Below are positions 36,780 to 51,700 of a stretch of 64,000 nt of DNA, piece after piece. The notes below the pieces were generated by a model. It had not been told where the DNA came from. It saw nothing but the letters and a program-made list of their open reading frames with translations, and did not search any database. A program made the position numbers and the translations under genes. Source of the stretch: Enoplolaimus lenunculus (lineage: Eukaryota); contig JASANG010003930.1 of the NCBI GenBank assembly GCA_030248215.1, forward strand, positions 248,001-312,000, given 5' to 3'. Numbering within the stretch: position 1 is the first letter of the stretch; each line of letters begins with the position of its first letter.

Positions 36780-39700
36780 ATGTGGTGGAAAAACTCCGAT
36801 TTACTAAAAATCGTTCTTAGAAGGCGAAATGTTTTTAAGTATCATTTGTCAACAATATCAGGTAAACATGGCACTTTGTTATTCACAGGAAACATAACTT
36901 TAAGATATTAGATATAACTATTAATATCAAGGTGCAACGGGGATTCCGGTTGCGCCATTTTTCACCTTCCGCTTCCGGTAAATTTGTACCGAAATAAAAA
37001 CTTCGACTATTAAACTTTGGTCGGTGAAACGTACTAAAAATGGCGATAAAAGTGAAAGTTTTAGTAGGTATGGTATAAAAAACCTTAACAGTCGCCGAAA
37101 ATAAACCATCGACGTTAGATTTCGCTTGCGCGGATTTTGAAAATCGGAAATGCGGCAGATTAAATAAATACCTGTCTTCAACTAAGGTTATTTCACTTTT
37201 CGGTTGCATGTATTTCCGGCAAAATCAATATCCGTATCCGGTATAAAGTTTTCGAATAGTTTATATTTACTTTTGTGGTGCCGAATATTATGTAACTGCT
37301 TTTTACAAGGGAGCATCTTTAACATCTTGCTGCGGTTACATTTCTGGGCGAGTCAAGAAGTTCAAGTTTGCTACGTTTTTATCTATATACTTTTAAATTA
37401 TGTAAGCGAGTGAGAGTTAAACACATTTTTTTGCTTTAAATAATTTCAATTTATCAGCAGCAAATATGAAATTTATAACAGACGAAAATCTTAAGCACGC
37501 TAAAACACAGCGAAAAACAAGTGCAATATTTGGTATCCGTTTCTTGTTCCGGTAAACATTCAATATTCGTATCCTGTTCCAGTATCTGGTAAATTACTAT
37601 CGGTCACACCCTGTATACGTATAGACCTATATAATATACCAATATATATCACAGTTTTCGACAAGCTTTTGACGACAGCAAAAAGGGTTGATAATATATA
37701 CGAATGTAGCAGGGTTCCAGAATTCCTGTTCCGGCTTTGAATACCTGCAGAAACTTAGTTTCTGTTCTTGTTTTCGTTGCGGTTATGAAAGTTGCAGGAA
37801 AACGAATTTGGTACGGTTTCGTGTGTATGAAAACGGTAAAGTCTACAAACAACAAATTTATTTTGTATATAAAGTTAATTATATCAGTAATTTGGTGGTG
37901 CGAAACATTTGCATTTCCTACTCCGGTTCCCGTTCTTGTTCCGGCGAAAATAACGAATTCCTGGTCCGTCCTGTTCCTGCTTCATAAAAATGTAGTTCAT
38001 GTTGAACGCAGTTTTAAGTATTGTTTTTCGTTGGATGCGTAGTTTATTTCTAGGAAGCTCAACACCGTCATTATTTGACATTGATAAATTTTCTGAACGC
38101 CATATTGGGCCTAACGAATCAGATGTTAGTACAATGCTCACAACGCTGGGCTTTAACGTAAGTCCTTCAACTGATAGTGAATTTTTACCGGAACCGGATA
38201 TTAACCGGATAAATATCTAAACTTGTGCATGCACTGTTTGAAGTATTTGAATCGTTCAAAGTATATTTTTGCTTGAACTTTGTTTGACGCAGCAAGATGT
38301 TCAAGACACTTCCTGGTAAAAATCAGCGTCATGAAATCAAAGACCATCACCGTAAATATTCGTTACCTATCCGGAAGGTTTATGTCGTATACCAGAACCG
38401 CATACGGATATCTGTTTGTATGGGAAATAAAACCGGGTACGGATATCTTGTCGCACCCGGAATGTTGTGTACGTATATATGCATTTGAGAATATGGTCTC
38501 AGATTAGACAAAAATGAATGTTTCCTTATCATTTGAGTTCGAGAAGTTTTTAGCCTGGTAATGTGTTCGTTTTAATTGTAAGGATTTATTGATTTGTTTG
38601 TGTATAATTGCCCGTATACTTATGTATATATACTGTTATTCAGAGTCTAGAAGATTTAACGAAAGCAATCATTCCGGAAAATATTAGATTCGAAGGAGAG
38701 TTGAAATTAAACAAAGCACTTGGTAAGCGGCGTGCAGTTCAATAAGTTCTTTTAAACCTGCACAACGTATGAAGATAAACATTTGTGCATTATTCGTTTA
38801 AGTAAGATGTTGATCTGTCTGAGCTCCAGTTATCACTGTTAATCGCTGGTTATTTCCCGGTGTTGAATGTTCAAAACAGAGAACAGTTTAATATGTTTCA
38901 GCTCAGTTCATTCTCAAACGGTGGCTCTCAATTTCAGTTTATTGATTTTTTTCATTGATGCTTCCATCTGTGGAAAGTGAAGCGTAGATCAATGAGAGCT
39001 CACCGCTCATTGGGCATTTTCTAGATGAGAGAAGCGTGCTTGATGATCTCAGGAAATTAAAGTCACTTAACCAAAAGTGGCGCTCATTTATTGGCAAAGG
39101 TTACCACGATTGTATTGTTCCAAGCGTTATTTTACGGAACGTATTTGAAAATGCAGGCTGGTACGTTTGCTCATCAAAACCTACGTATATTTAATAGTGA
39201 AATGAAGTTTTTTGTTTTTGTCATTGACACTGATGTAATGTTTTTAGTAAAAATATACTCATTATTGCACTAAAGTATCAGTTGGAAAGCTATTTGACAT
39301 TATTGTTCTGCTTGTTTTGTTTTTCTAGTAGTTTATTTTGTACCAGAATTAAAAAGATTTCCTTCATAAATAGTCACTGTTATTAATTAATTTTTTCTGT
39401 AACATGCATTGATTACTGCTAGGGTCACACAGTATACTCCGTATCAACCGGAAATAGCTCAAGGACGCCTAGAATGTCTTATGAACTTTCAAACAATGGT
39501 CTCGGATTTAACTGGAATGACTGCTGCAAATGCTTCACTACTTGATGAAGCGACTGCTTGCGCTGAAGCTATGGGCCTTGCTGCACGGTAATTTTTTTAT
39601 TTCTATCTATTACTTGCACCTTACCGTATGAAGGAAAAGATTTGCGGTCAACTAACATAAAAAGTAACGAAAGATATTATCTATATTGCTATGTGCAATT

Positions 39701-42700
39701 TTATTTTCATGTTTTATTTGCAGTTGTTAAAACAAGATTGATAAAATTAGAATTAAATCTGAAACATGCGTTTGATATTATTTAAGCTTAGCCCAAATAT
39801 CCGATTGTTTCCAGGTTATCAAAAAAGAATTGTTTCTACGTCGACGAAAAGCTACATCCACAAAATATTGCGGTGATTAAAACGCGAGCAAGGTAAGAGT
39901 ACCTAGGAGAATTAATATGTGTAAGTGACAAATCATATATTTAGATTAACTTTATGAACTTAAAGTTGGTTGGTGGCAAGGCAACCATGCGCAATTTGCG
40001 GTATTGTGCGAGTTGTGCTTATCAGTCAATCTATATTCCTCATCAAATTCAAAAACACTTGTTTTGGTCTGATTTGCAGTTTTAGCCACACTTAATCAGG
40101 GATGTGCGGTCTTGGTTGAAAACCGAGACCCGGCAACCGAGACCGAGACTGTTTGGTCTCGGTCAATTTTTACCGTTACCGAGCATGAGAAAATTTTTTG
40201 TATCAAAAAATTTTGATTGTTTTTTCGTGATTCTGTGACATTCTAACATAATTAAATGTTGCATCTGCTCACAATTTATAATATTAAACACAAAAATTAC
40301 TGCAAAATTTGCTAATAACAATGTTACTGAAACAGCAAAAAGTTTTTTGTCACAAATCAACAAAAAATACAACTGACGTCCGCTTATTGTGAATGTTGAG
40401 CATAATAACGGGAACTCGTCTTTCTTCTTTGGTCTCGGTTTAAAACCTACCGAGACTCAAAAAACCGAGACCGAGACTGCACATCCCTGCAATGTTGTTC
40501 CTGTTACGTTTTTCCTAAAGTTTGTAACTGATATTTTTATATGCTTGTGTTAGGGCTGCGCTCGGTGCTGCGTGGCACCACACGGCGTTTTCCGCTTCCG
40601 CGGGACATCGGGTGCCACCGTTCGCTGTCGTCGTATCTTAAAATGTTCAGTCGGATAAATGTTTAATGGTTATTTCTTTACCGGTATAATATAATATAGC
40701 AATGTCTGGTTGCATTCATGAAATAAGGTTACTGCAGCTCTATGGGAATCGAAGTGCGTGTTTGTCCACATTCACAAATGGATTTTGCAACAGGTCACGT
40801 TGGCGGTGTTGTTGTTCAGTACCCTAACACGGATGGAGTTATCGAAAACTATGCACCATTGTTTGATAGAGCGCACGAGAATAATGTACGAAGATTGATA
40901 CGTATTGTAACAAGAAACAGTCTTGCGGTAGCGTTATGCCTGTGCTAGTATGTAGAGAAAAATCTCTGGTAACCTAACCGTTCCTACATCAATCACTAGT
41001 TAATGATTGTAAAAATGTTTATGAAGTTACTGTAAAAAGTATTTATTTGCATAAAATAAGTTTTAAATCAAAATTTAGATTTCATATGCGGGATTAAAAC
41101 GTGTTAACCGTGTTGAGCGTTCCATGCTTTTTTGACTTGACATTGGTTTGGTAGTACAAAATATGCTTTGAAGTGTTTCTAAGCATGCGGTGATAATTTT
41201 GCTTCTGTGAAATGCCGTTGTTCATTACATAGTGATGTGGACTGGACCACAAAAACTGGACTTGTCTGCTTGCAATGAGGTCAAAACAGGACCAGCCGGC
41301 AGTGGCGGATCCCATGTCTGGTTGAAAAGTCGTGTAATGCTCTCATATTCTTTTAGTTACTGAACGATTTGTGGAAGAAAATAGTTGAAATTGCCCTTTA
41401 AATCATTGCATATTGTGCACCGTACCGTTGAGGAATTTCAGACCATCTCGGCCCACATTACTATGATTCATGGATTGCATAAGGTTCACTTAGCTGGAGA
41501 TTCGTTTTGACAGGGTATTCCCCCGACTGCGATCACTAGGTTATATTCGACCATTAAGCAAAAACTGTAAGTTCATATCGAAATACAACATTGTACACGG
41601 GTTTTTTTGGGTGAAATAGGGGGTTTTCACCCACGTTGTTTCAAAAAAACCCCTCGAAATTCAAACAAACCCACCAGAAACCCCCCTAGTCTTCCAAGTG
41701 TTCCAAGTGTTTTTCACAGAAAACAATTTTACCTAATACTGAAACTTAAATCAAAAATACAAACTGAGACAAATAAAATATTTTTGCACCTTCCCCTATC
41801 AAAAAGTTACCTATTTCACTTAGCACTGCAGCTATGACTCATTTCAATGCGTATTTTTTATATGTATACGTATTTGTAAACTTATACGTAGATGCATGTA
41901 TGTATATGTAATTCATACGTAATTATATGTCTTTTCGAACGTATTTGAAAAACCCATTTTATTTAAAAAACCCACTGAAATTAAAAAAACCCACTAAAAC
42001 ACCCACGCCGAATTGTGAAAAAATAAACCCTGGCATTGTAAGCAACTTTTACCAACATTCTAAACTCGGCGTACCACTTGACACTTTGGGACAACTAACA
42101 CGAGTGGTGATTTTGTGTTTAGGTAGTGGCGATCGTTTCGGCTGATTTGTTATCGCTCGCATTATTGCGACCTCCAGGGGAATTCGGGGCCGATGTTGCA
42201 GTTGGAACTGCGCAGCGATTTGGTGTTCCGCTAAATTATGGAGGGCCGCATGCGGCTTATTTTGCCGTGTCTGATAGAAGGTTAGTCATATATTTGTGTT
42301 ATGTTCATATTTTAATAAACATGACTGTTTTATTTTAGTTAAGTTAAAAGGTCCTATTGCTATTGCAAACCGAGAAACTGTGTATAGAATGTACATATAT
42401 ATTACGTTCGTGTGCGTTGTATTAGTCGGACCAGCAGCTCAGTCAAATGGCATACAGCTTATTGGTTCCTTTTCTAATATTTTAAAGGTCGCTCAGCAGG
42501 GTGCAATCAAAATTCCGATTCAAAACGAGTTTCGATTCCGATTCCGATTGCACAATCAATCAGAATCAGATTTTCCACATTTTAATTTTAGGCTAACTTG
42601 TTGTGATATATTGTTTAAAAATTCTGCATCATTTATGCATTAAATTGTTTTCGATGACTTAACTATCAATAATTGACTGTAGTTTAAGTTTTACTGAGCC

Positions 42701-45700
42701 AAATAATGATTGCCAATTTGTTCATGCGACGTTTTTGAGAATTGTTGCCAGCCAACATACAACCATAATCAATATTAACTTGTGTATCCAAATTATCCGT
42801 ATAGTAAAAAAATCTGTAGTTTCGATTCCGATTCGGTACGAATTTGCTGCTCCGATTCCGGTATAATCCAGTTCCACATTGCACCCTGTCGCTCAGTATT
42901 ACATAAACTGTATATGCTATTGCTAAGACTAATGTACGATATGTGTAAAGTTTTCAACAACAGTATTTTTTGTTTTAAATTTGCAATTTTTACGCCTTTT
43001 TCTCCAAAGCACGCTGGGAATTGATCGGAAAAAATTTACAATTTTTGCTTGTATGCGTTGTACTATCATTAATAGCAGTCAGCAGAAAATAACAAAGTAG
43101 CATTATCAGTGGTGTTGGTGAAAGTTTGTTGTTTTTTCAAAAATACGTAAAGCTTTGATAAAAACTACTTTTAATTTTATTTCCTGCTCGAAGCTATCTA
43201 TACATTTTGTGTCTGGGTTGGGGACAATATTATTAATGTTTGGCTGATGGTTGTTACGTACATTATGGTACATAGTATACGTGCATTCCTGTAATGTAGA
43301 AGTATAGGTTCATATAACAAGTCGCGAGATGAGACACTGTGAGTCATAGGCTATGGGATAAAGAGTTTTGTGGAATGGGGATTTCATATTTGAACCACCA
43401 GCAATTTAGCTAACCACTAATACATAACATATCAGGCACGTACCCAACAGTCCACATGCATTTTACCAACAATTCCCGCTGTCTTAATAATGAATAGTTT
43501 TGAGGGGTGTTGCGGGTACGACAACCCCACCCTGCTTAGTGACCTTTCAGAAGTCATAACGCGGGTGGTTCAAGGAAGCCGCAACCGTTCCCTTGAAGGA
43601 AACAGTGCGATATTGATTTGGAAAGTGTGGTGTGTCTGAAAAAATTTTCTAGCTACATATTTTGTGTCGTGTGGTAGACAAACTACAAAAGTGCCCTATT
43701 ATTTACAAGAATAGAACTATTAGGGCGGAGCTATACTTTTCGACTATTCTAATGTCGTCAGCAGGGATGGACGGTCTCAGTCTAAAAAGTGAGACCAAGA
43801 CCGGGACTTTTGGTCTCAGTCTCGGTCAATTTTTAACCGTTACCGAAAATAAAAATGAGATAACCAAAGTTGAATATTTTTATATGCTTTGAATTACCGC
43901 TTCATACTATTAAACTAATAAATCGCCGCCAAAATTTATTTTTTACTTTATTTTTCACTTGGCTACTGTCGCCATACCCTTCGAACATGCTCGAGACAAA
44001 TCCCACTGTCTCAAAACACCCTCGGACAATCCCTAATTCAAAGCTATACTGTTGTTTTTTAAACCGGGCAAACCGAAAAAACTGGAAAATTTTTTTAACA
44101 TAGCATGACGGTATAAATGCGGATGATCCATAATTTTTTAAACGATATCTTAAAAGTTTCAAACGCGAAAATGCAACTATTAGTGCTTTGTCACAATAAA
44201 ATCAAAGTGTTTTGGGTTTCCTTTCAAACATAGAATTTTGGGTATCCGGAGGGGTCAGTCTGTTTCTCAAATAGCTGTATAACCAGGCAGCGGTGCTCTA
44301 CAATCGTTCAGTTTGTGTTGGTAGGCGAAATGCGCAAGTACTTCCGGGCCAAAGCTGCGATACAAGGAAAATTTTTGTGATTGCTTATCGCTTTTTCACC
44401 TCTTTGGTCTTGGTTTGCAAACCACCGAGACTGAACAAAAGGGAGACCGATACCGCAACCGAGACCAGCCAAATCCGAGACTTGCCGGGACGGAGACCGA
44501 GACCGCCCATTCCTGGTCGTCGGCGCCGCAAAAGTGTAGCGCCACCATAATTCTGTTGTTAGTTACGTTTTTTTGGTATAGGGCTAATAATGCGGTTGGG
44601 AATAGTTTGACTTTAATGATGACCTTTAGTAATGTGCAATCGGAATTCCGATTCCGATTAGCATTCCGATACAAAACGAGTTCCGATTCCCAATGTACAA
44701 TCAATCGGAATCGGAATTTTGAAAATTTAATTTTAATCGTACTGTGTGATATGTCGCATAAATATTCTTTCGATCTTATCTAAACACGCGAAATTATCGT
44801 TTAATTTTGAAAACAACAATAATTGTAATTAGCTTTACAGAACCAAAGAAACATTACCAATTTGTTCATGCGACGTTTTTGAAAATTGTTGCCAGCCAAC
44901 AGGCACCAGTATTTTGTTAATACAAGTTATCCGTAATAAACATATTTTTTTCGGTTCTAGGTTTGGTGAAAAAATATTGCGTGCGATCCCTGGTAGAATG
45001 GTTGGAGTTACTAGGTACGTCCCAACATTTTACATTTGTAATATCGTAGGCGCAGCCTGTTCTACCCGAAATTAATCTTTGAGCAATACCCATTAATTGG
45101 ACACGTGATGTTTAACAATAGGAACCGAAAGTTGTTTTTGGAATTATTACGACCCACGAAGCGAAAAACATAAAAAATATTTTGTTGTTTTGGGGTATAT
45201 TTAACCTAATAAACGTTCTTACTGTTGAGCACTATACCGCGCCCAAGAGTACATGCACATTACCTCGTCGAAAATCTCGGAAACTTTATGTTTTTGTACT
45301 TTCAAGGGATGCAAATGGAAATACTGCGTATCGACTTGCCCTTCAGACACGAGAGCAGCATATTCGCCGTGACAGAGCGACATCTAACATTTGCACCGCA
45401 CAGGTGAGGTTTATTGCTGTTTGATTTAATGAACTCACAATGTAATAACAAACGTAGTTGTAATATTTAGAAACACGCATGCCGGATTCGAAGGCGGCAG
45501 AAATAGTCAAAATTTATTTTTTACCAATTTTTTTTTTGATTCCCGTGGGGTGTACGGAAATTCCTGATTTAGTTCATTGTTTAGTTTGAAGTTGCTGGTT
45601 TTTACTATCGGATGATTCGTTTCATTTAGGTTTTTGCTCGGAGTATTTAAGCAAGGATTCGAAATAAATATATAGAATCATTTAGGTTTTTGCTCGGAGT

Positions 45701-48700
45701 ATCAAGCGAGGGTTCGAAATAAAGTATAGAAACCAACCGATGCAACTTAAGAAGTGTTTTTGCAAGAATGCGTAATTATATACATACGTATGTACTCAAA
45801 CTGTAATTTGTCAACTGTTAGTCACTTATGCACCAAACCTCATTAAAATCATGTTATAGGCGTTGCTGGCAAATATGTCAGCGCTTTATGGTATATACCA
45901 TGGCAAGCAGGGACTTGTCCGAATTGCAAACAACGTTCATAAGGCGGCGGTTTGTATAGCTGAAGGTAATCGAAACAATTAGTGTAATAACATTGGATAG
46001 AGATCACTATTATATAAATTGATATTTGTTGAGAATATTGGTCATTATTTTTTGTTGTAAAGATAATGGATTGAATTGGACTCTGGTATTGACTATGTAT
46101 AAACGTCCAGCCTATCTTTGGACTTGTGGTTCATGTGCAGAATTGTTTAGTTTGTTCTAGGTAAACTCGATCTATTTTGCGTGAACTCTGAATAACTTTA
46201 TATTTATGATAAAAATAGCGTGGATGTTGCATATTTCCAAACTTCGCTGGCCATTTTATTTTCAGGTGCGAAAGCGGCTGGTCATCAAGTTGTTTCAGAA
46301 CCATTTTTTGACTGTGTAACGATGAGACCGTCAGCAGACCATGACATCAACGCGATTAGGCGTCGAGCGATTGACAAGAAATTTAACCTGTGGTATAATG
46401 ACGATGAAACTGTAAGATTTATTCAACTGGTTCTATAACATTGATAATTTGTCTTCTTCGCAGATGTGGTTTGTGCTTATTTCTTCGAAGAAGCTATTAA
46501 ATACGTATTTTGTACATTGATTAATGTAATTTTGCTGTTGAAATTTAGGTGTCGATCACTGTAGACGAAACAATAAATGAAATCGATTTATCTGCTTTGC
46601 TGTACATCATAAACGCTCCGGCCAGTTCAGATCAGGTTAGTACAGATTAATGTTGGCTATGTTTCACTTCTTTTGAGTAAAATTCCATGTAAACCCTCAT
46701 GGGTATCACATCTACTGGCTTTATACATTTTAAAATGGTATTACTTGAAATAATTAATTATAGTGAAAAATTGTTTTGGTACGTGTCATTTTTAATTTAT
46801 TTTTGTCTGTTGGTTCATGAACGACACGATATATATTTCAGGTTGAAGCCTGCGGAATTCCACACGAACATTTAAGGAAGTCAAATTTCTTAACCCATCC
46901 GATATTCAGCATGTAAGCATGTTGGTTGTAAGTTCTTGCTATTTATGTTTAAATGAGTATTTTTGGGTAACACAGCAGCACACATTCGTAAAATAGTTTC
47001 CTTTGGGATTCATTTTTGAATGTGAATGTATGTGTATTTAATTGAAGAAACCGAAATATTTGCTTAACTTCTGTGCCGCTATTCATAAGTTTCGGTGATT
47101 GACACGTTATATTGAGGACAACCTAATTTGTTGCCAATAAACATGTTCTTGGAGCTTAGATGCAAATTTTGTGCTTTCAGGCATCGGTCAGAAACACGCT
47201 TAATGCGGTATATGAAAGTTCTTGAAAACAAAGATGTTTCATTGGTCCATTCTATGATTCCGTTGGTAGGTTATAAACAACGCTCATAAGCATACCCATT
47301 GCATATCTTGGCTACAATACTATGTAGTTGTGGATCGCAGAGCATTTCGTTATTTGTTGCACTAGTATATCATAGCGCAGATATATCTTTGTAGTAAGTT
47401 TTTGTGGTACGCCCGCATATCGTATTGGAAACAGTGCCTTTGTGAGCCGGTTACCTTTTGGCAGATACTTATGATTGCTTGCATATTTCAGGGTTCCTGC
47501 ACCATGAAATTGAATAGTTCCGTCGAACTCAGAGTGAGTTTTGTTTATAAGTGGCGTTAATATCAGCATCTTATAATTTAAATTTTGTTTTTCATAGCTA
47601 ATTATTTGCGGGAAGATTTTTTATTTTTTATAGTACCGTTGCATTTAATTTTCAAATTTTGTCATATTTTTGTCTAGTGAATAATTTCAGCCTGCCAGTT
47701 GGTATAAGTTTATCAGTTTACACCCATTTGTACCGATAGAACAATCGCAAGGCTATCAAATATTATTTAAACAGTTGGAAAATTGGTTATGTGAAATTAC
47801 CGGTTATGATCACGTATCGCTGCAACCCAATAGGTATGTGTATTTTTGCCTTGATTTTCTACGGTTGCAATGTGGCCGCTTTTAAATGACAACTTTGTTG
47901 CAAGAAAACCTGTAGCGTTACATGTGTATAAAACTTGTTTGATGTATTGTAACGTAGACAGAGATTAGACTTCTGCGTGTGACCAACCAAAAAATAAAAA
48001 AACGAACTTCATTTTTGTAAATTAATGTAATGAAGAATATCTGATGCCGTTGAGTATAACTGTTCCTATCGGGTTGTATTTACGTCAAATTAATGTGTTT
48101 AGCGGCGCGCAAGGAGAATACGCGGGATTGATGGCAATCAAAGCGTACCATCGTTCGCGTGGTGACGACCAACGAGATGTATGTTTGTGGTAATGTCGGA
48201 GTGAAAACTTATTCATATCTGCCTAAGGTCCATCGATACATCTGTATAGTAAGAGATAATGAATGGTGCAACTTTTTGGTGGATTGTCTTCTAATAACTT
48301 TGTAAACACCATATATAGGTATAGTATAACTAATTAAACCATGCGCACGTAAGTTTGCTATCATAGTTGGTTGCTAACTCTTTGCATTATATATATTTTG
48401 ATTTAGCGTAATTTGCTTCCTTTGCAAGTTTCATTGAGTACGGCTCTCAACGTAGCCATTTTGACTTGATATTCAAGTGTTATTACTAACTTTTTAATGT
48501 GCTACAATATATGCGTTGTTATTAGCAGGGTTCCACCGGAATTCCTGTTCCGGTGGTGAAAGACGCGGGAACCGGAATTTTTACGGCTCTGTGGCAAATG
48601 ACAACAAATTATCTTAAGTATTTAAAAAAACTCACGTCTAAAAGTTTGCTGAAACACACGTTTTTCTGTCTAGTTGTGCTTAATCTGCACATTCCTCATT

Positions 48701-51700
48701 CGATGTATGTTTTTGTAGAACTTGGAACACCGGATAATCAAACGATGAATGGAATATTTTATTTGGAGTTATAGTCAATTAGCGGTAATTTGGTGATGAA
48801 AATTGTTTGCAGTTTCTGTCCCGCTTTCTGTTCCTGTCAGATGAAAAATTAATTCCTGTTCCTGTTCCAGCTTCCTGTGAAATGTTTGCTTATTATAGAT
48901 TTGTCTTATTCCGCTGTCTGCACATGGTACAAATCCGGCATCGGCCCAAATGGCAGGTATGAAAATTGTTACCGTCGAAAACGATAAACATGGAAACGTT
49001 CGTTACAAAGACTTGAAAGAAAAAGTAAACGCATTCTTAGAAGAAAAATTAAAACATTATTTATTATTCGTTTTATAATAGCATAATTTTTGGAAATCGT
49101 TTTCAACTCCTTGCTGTTGAGTTTATAGTTTTGGTACAAAAGCAAGACTTTACCAGCTATACAAGCGACTGAATTATGGTTTCCATGAAATTTTTTAAGG
49201 CTTGAGTCTAAATATGTTTTGGCACACTGTTTCTAAAATGTGTTTGCAATTATAGGTCGAAAAGTTTGGAAATCGAGTTGCTGCAATTATGGTTACCTAC
49301 CCATCAACACATGGCGTTTTTGAACCGCAAATTAGGTACGTATGCAACGCGTTGACGGATAAAGTAATATTGAAAGTAATTATTTCAAGTATCTTTCCCA
49401 ATCTTGACAGTTAAAATAAAGAACGGCAAGAGTTTACCGTAATTGTATATTATTTTTAAGTTAGATTTCAGAAACTTCATTTTTCAAACAAGCATTTGAA
49501 TGCAGGGCAGAGCTGCTAACGCAAAAACAGGAACAACACGAAATCCCTGCTTGAAATCTTTGACAGGGAGGGATGCAAGGGCAATGTATGATAATGAACT
49601 TAAACTCGTGAGCTAACCGAGCGAGAAACCAAGCGTAATTGTACTGCCTATCCTTATGCAACGTTTTGTTTCGGTTCATTGAGGGTTTCCTAGTATGCAA
49701 AGAAATGTCAAAACAGAAGTAGAATAATACCAGAAGCCTCGCGAGCGAGAAGCTGTGTAGTCGTATTTTGTGGTTAATCTGAAATGGGGTTCTGTGAAAT
49801 TGGAAAGTTTATAGTACATCCGGATGTGTTTTTCGGTGGGATTTTTACCCAAAAAACCATGCTTGACAGTGACGAAACTAAAGCTTAATATCCGAAAAAT
49901 AGTTATGAAGTTATTGTTTGTAAAAACTAGTTTTTAATTGAAGGAGTGTGCGATGTTATTTTTTCATTCATACTACTACCTGCACTTTTTAAAATAGTCT
50001 AAAGCAGTGCCAATACATACAAATGGCTTAAACTAAAATTGTGATGTTGACTGCGCCAGTGGTACATAAGCGCGATAGCGTGCCCGCTAACGCAAGAGTA
50101 TAATGGAGCATTTTAATAGAAGTAACCACTCAGCTATGCAACACACGCCATAAACTAAAATCACAATCATAAGAATCTAAAACACATCTGTATATAAACG
50201 CTATGCAATGGTTACGCCAGTACCTAGCAAAGCATCGTACAACTCACAGTGTGTATGTTTCGCCGGCCGCGTAGTTGAACACACATTTGTTAAACCGTTA
50301 GTTAGTGTAGTCTGTGGGTAAGCATAAAAATACAAGTTCTGCTATCTGGGATCGTAAGAAGCACCTGTACGCTGAAATGCGTATTTGGATGTGATGTAGC
50401 TTCCCTGCACCGTATTTGCTTAACCCATATTAGGGATGTTATAATACTATTTAAATCTCGTACGGAAATCATTGAGAAATCCTGAAACCGCATCTAAGCT
50501 CCCACAATTTATGCCGCAAACTATTCTGTAACAATTTTTGAAACATGTCGGCCAGCTCTAAACCTGTGCCTGGCTCTTGTACAAACATAAGGTAGGTATA
50601 TGGAAGAGCGTTATTTGAACAAAGTGAGGTAATCACATCCATTTGTGGGTTAATAATTCATTTGTGTTTTAAGGTATTTGTTTCACTTTTTAGAGATGTA
50701 TGTGACGTAATTCATAGATATGGCGGACAAGTTTACCTTGATGGCGCTAACATGAATGCACAGGTGTGTTTCTGTGGAAATCATAATCGCATAATATAAA
50801 TAAATGTTGATCTAAGTATTGAAATTCTTGGTTGTAGTATAAGGTTCAAAAGTCAGAATAATTGTGACTGACTTTTCCAAATAGACACCAGCCCAAACTC
50901 CTATTATTTATTTACCACGGACAGTAAAACTGAAAGTAGCCGACCACCACAAGTTTTAATATGTCGTTGCTGTAGCCTACCAATTTTTTTGGAAACCGTT
51001 CTGAATTTAGACCGCACATTCAGAATTATGGTACCAGCATTAGCCGTTGCTAGATAGCAGCATTCCGCACTCAATAAATGGCGTCACGCAAAAAAATCAG
51101 ATGATACGCAACTGTTTATTTTTAATATTGAATGAAAACAAATTATTTTTATGTCATAAATTTTTTGTTACAGGCTGGGTTATGCCGACCTGGCGACTAC
51201 GGATCGGACGTGTCTCACTTAAATCTCCACAAAACCTTTTGCATTCCACATGGCGGCGGTGGGCCTGGCGTTGGTCCAATCGGAGTGTGAGTGTATAGGC
51301 GTATCCTATCCGGCCAGGTTTAAATAGGATCAAAGTCACCCACTGCTTGTGTCTGGTAACAATTTAAATCTCAGTCGTAATCGCAATTTTAACGCAAAAT
51401 TGCAACTCCGAAAGTAGTGGAAGTTCACTTTTATCTTATGGTAATAGCATGGTTTCGTACAGTGATATGCGGCTAGCTATGCAATGGTTAAGATATGTAG
51501 TGGTAATTATATTTTATAACTTTTAGATCTGCTTCCTTCGAGTTTGAGTTAGGAAACAGTTGCAGATGTTTGAGAGCTTTTTAATCAAGTTAGCGGCTAT
51601 TCCCCCAGACAAGCATTTAAAAATTAAATGATTCATAATGTTGTTTCCAGACGTGCGCACTTGGCCCCGTTTTTGCCTTCACACCCTCTGATTAACCCGC

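Noticed and set aside
37310..37401. Extra GLDC exon in intron 1
   Set aside because: Not needed for frame or length, no GLDC similarity, and it lies amid MITE-like sequence.
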